Assembly (NCBI GenBank): GCA_028278305.1
Contig: JANQEP010000008.1
Span: forward strand, 1 to 40,117
DNA length: 40,117 bases
Source of the DNA: Candidatus Gastranaerophilales bacterium
GTDB taxonomy: Bacteria; Cyanobacteriota; Vampirovibrionia; Gastranaerophilales; UBA9971
Direction: 5' to 3'
The notes below the pieces were generated by a model. The model made no database searches. It saw only the letters and a list, made by a program, of their open reading frames with translations, and was not told the DNA's origin. Below are positions 38,804-40,117 of this stretch, piece after piece. Position numbers and translations under genes: made by a program. Within the stretch, counting starts at the first letter, position 1, and every line of letters begins with the position of its first letter.

Positions 38804-38843
38804 CAGTAGGTTGGTTTGAAAAATTCTATTTTTTAACCCAACA
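38801..38843 (+). repeat. Degenerate GTAG-type hairpin at the MerR stop codon
   Basis: TAGCAGTAGGTTGGTTTGAAAA...TTTTTAACCCAAC; shares the AGCAGTAG flank with family B copies. Confidence 0.45.
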
Positions 38844-38875
38844 GCTTTAAATACTGACTGGTAGTGGTATTTTTG

Positions 38876-38989
38876 TGTCATGACGCACTTGAGAAGCCTG
38901 CCCCGTGCTTGACACGGGGGCATCTATCCGCCAAACATATCAGGCAATAAGCCTAATTATACAGACCCCGCATCAAGTGCGGGGTGACA
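38876..38989. mobile_element. GC-rich nested-hairpin MITE-like element (family C, TGTCA...TGACA ends)
   Basis: Terminal inverted repeats TGTCATGACGCACTTGA / TCAAGTGCGGGGTGACA; internal hairpins CCCCGTG-CTTGA-CACGGGG and ACCCCGCA-TCAAG-TGCGGGGT. Confidence 0.7.
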
Positions 38990-38991
38990 AC

Positions 38992-39037
38992 AGCAGTAGA
39001 GGGTGCGCAATGCGCACCCTACTTTTTGTCGTTTACT
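38992..39037. repeat. Family B palindrome plus junction motif copy 3
   Basis: AGCAGTAGAGGGTGCGCAATGCGCACCCTACTTTTTGTCGTTTACT. Confidence 0.85.
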
Positions 39038-39329
39038 GAATTTCATTAAAATCCCCGTCAAAATTTATGCCTCTATCATAAATATAAGCATAAGCTGGAA
39101 TTTTTTTATTTGTAACTTCTTTTATATATTTTTCAAACCCGTATTTTTTCAACCAAACTTTTACAGAATTTGGTTTTCTTACAGTAAAAATATAAATATC
39201 ATAGTAAGTATTCAGTTCATCCAAAAACTCCAATGCACCTTCTTTTGCATTGGGCAAAATACCATTGTTCCAACCTGTATAATTATTCAGCACTCCATCA
39301 AAGTCTACTAATAATCTTCGTTTTTTCAT
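39033..39329 (-). CDS. Small HAD-superfamily (5'-nucleotidase-like) protein, possibly degenerate or truncated
   Basis: LLVDFDGVL (motif I), IFT.R (motif II), K.PA..YIYDR (motif IV normally DD); AGGAGG RBS. Confidence 0.7.
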   Translation of the reverse strand: MKKRRLLVDFDGVLNNYTGWNNGILPNAKEGALEFLDELNTYYDIYIFTVRKPNSVKVWLKKYGFEKYIKEVTNKKIPAYAYIYDRGINFDGDFNEIQ

Positions 39330-39479
39330 TAATCTACCTCCTTTAAAAACATTTTAGCAATACAATTCGTATCCGTCAAAAAAATAAATACACAAAATCC
39401 TTTATTTAAAGGAGTTTTACTCATATATAAATGAACGGTTCTGTTGATAAAATATAAGCTATAAACCAAAATCTTTATT

Positions 39480-39722
39480 ATGAGCAGAAGAAATCACAAA
39501 CGTAATAAAGTTTTATGCAGACATGTTGGCAAGAAGATTAAAGAATTAAGAACTAAGGCGAATATATCCCAAGAAATTCTTGCTTTTGAAGCAAAAATAT
39601 CAAGTGCATACCTTGGTAATATAGAAAGAGCTGAAAGCGATATGACCCTTTCAACAGCTTTAAATGTCTTTAAAGCACTAAATGTTAAAATGTCTGAGTT
39701 TTTTAAATTAATTGAAAGATAG
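39480..39722 (+). CDS. XRE-family HTH regulator
   Basis: G..IKELR....ISQE.LA..A.IS..YL..IER.E....L.T......AL.V...EFF. Confidence 0.9.
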   Translation: MSRRNHKRNKVLCRHVGKKIKELRTKANISQEILAFEAKISSAYLGNIERAESDMTLSTALNVFKALNVKMSEFFKLIER

Positions 39723-39726
39723 CTTA

Positions 39727-39745
39727 CTACTTTTTGTCGTTTACT
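39727..39745. repeat. Junction motif copy 4 (no palindrome)
   Basis: CTACTTTTTGTCGTTTACT, identical to 39019-39037. Confidence 0.85.
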
Positions 39746-39995
39746 AATATATCAAGATTAACAAGTATTTGACCTGGTTTTTCCAAATTTGATGCTAACC
39801 ATGCAATACAACCTACTGCTAAGCAGTTTGCTTCTGGCATACTTGATGGTTCCAGAGCAGGTTTAAATTCTGTAAAAAGTGAGGCTAAACATTTTACTGG
39901 CGATGTTTTAAGTAGAATAAGTAATATTTTTAAGTAGATATTAAAAGTAGCTGAAAAAAGTATTACGGGCCTGGTGCAGGATAACACCCGCCTCC

Positions 39996-40109
39996 CTACA
40001 TGCTTTTTTCTTCTTTTGAAGAAACTATTACATCGTATATAACAATAAAACCAAGTGCTAATATAGCAAAAGCAGTAAATGTTAAAGCAAAGTATTCAAA
40101 AGGTGTCAT
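39996..40109 (-). CDS. Small single-pass membrane peptide (37 aa) or 3' end of a gene starting beyond the window
   Basis: Hand-translated MTPFEYFALTFTAFAILALGFIVIYDVIVSSKEEKSM*; below the ORF-track cut-off; the frame stays open to the window edge. Confidence 0.5.
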   Translation of the reverse strand: MTPFEYFALTFTAFAILALGFIVIYDVIVSSKEEKSM

Positions 40110-40117
40110 TATTAATC

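Noticed and set aside
38666-39311. ORFs 38666-38923 (-) and 39003-39311 (+)
   Set aside because: Both start inside GC-rich repeats and are antisense to better-supported genes.
37678-39745. CRISPR array or classical integron
   Set aside because: The spacing between repeats (about 370-950 bp) contains genes, which is not CRISPR-like. There are no RYYYAAC/GTTRRRY attC boxes and no intI or cas gene in the window.
39727-39987. 86-aa minus-strand ORF from the track
   Set aside because: GTG start, no recognisable motif, and its last codons are simply the junction motif. The opposite strand looks at least as coding-like.

Overview
Low-GC bacterial chromosomal window. It is most consistent with non-photosynthetic Cyanobacteriota (Melainabacteria/Vampirovibrionia); this is an inference from cyanobacteria-like r-proteins, an S10 cluster starting at rplC without rpsJ, and anaerobe-type Etf. 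The left three-quarters carries dapB, a small HTH/divergent-ORF module, a secreted transglutaminase-TPR protein, a TPR-GAF-HD-GYP protein, a TrmH methyltransferase, an Xaa-Pro aminopeptidase, a TetR-controlled RND efflux operon, etfBA, folK-trpA, a solo HerA-like ATPase, TPR/lipoprotein/YkgJ genes and an MlaD protein. The ribosomal cluster rplC to rplR (28806-37654) contains an unknown ORF between rpsS and rplV and an L22 with a long acidic tail, and it stops after rplR. It is followed by a mosaic of small HTH genes and gene fragments punctuated by four same-orientation copies of the motif TTTGT(C/T)GTTTACT, mostly attached to GTAG-type palindromes. In three of these the motif supplies the stop codon of the neighbouring gene, which resembles a cassette array. 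A second candidate is a pair of diverged ~130-nt units between tolC and etfA that share sequence blocks and stem positions but not stem sequences (candidate structured RNA). At least three families of short palindromic repeats are present. I saw no transposase, integrase, CRISPR array, tRNA or rRNA. All calls come from reading motifs by eye; no searches were run.
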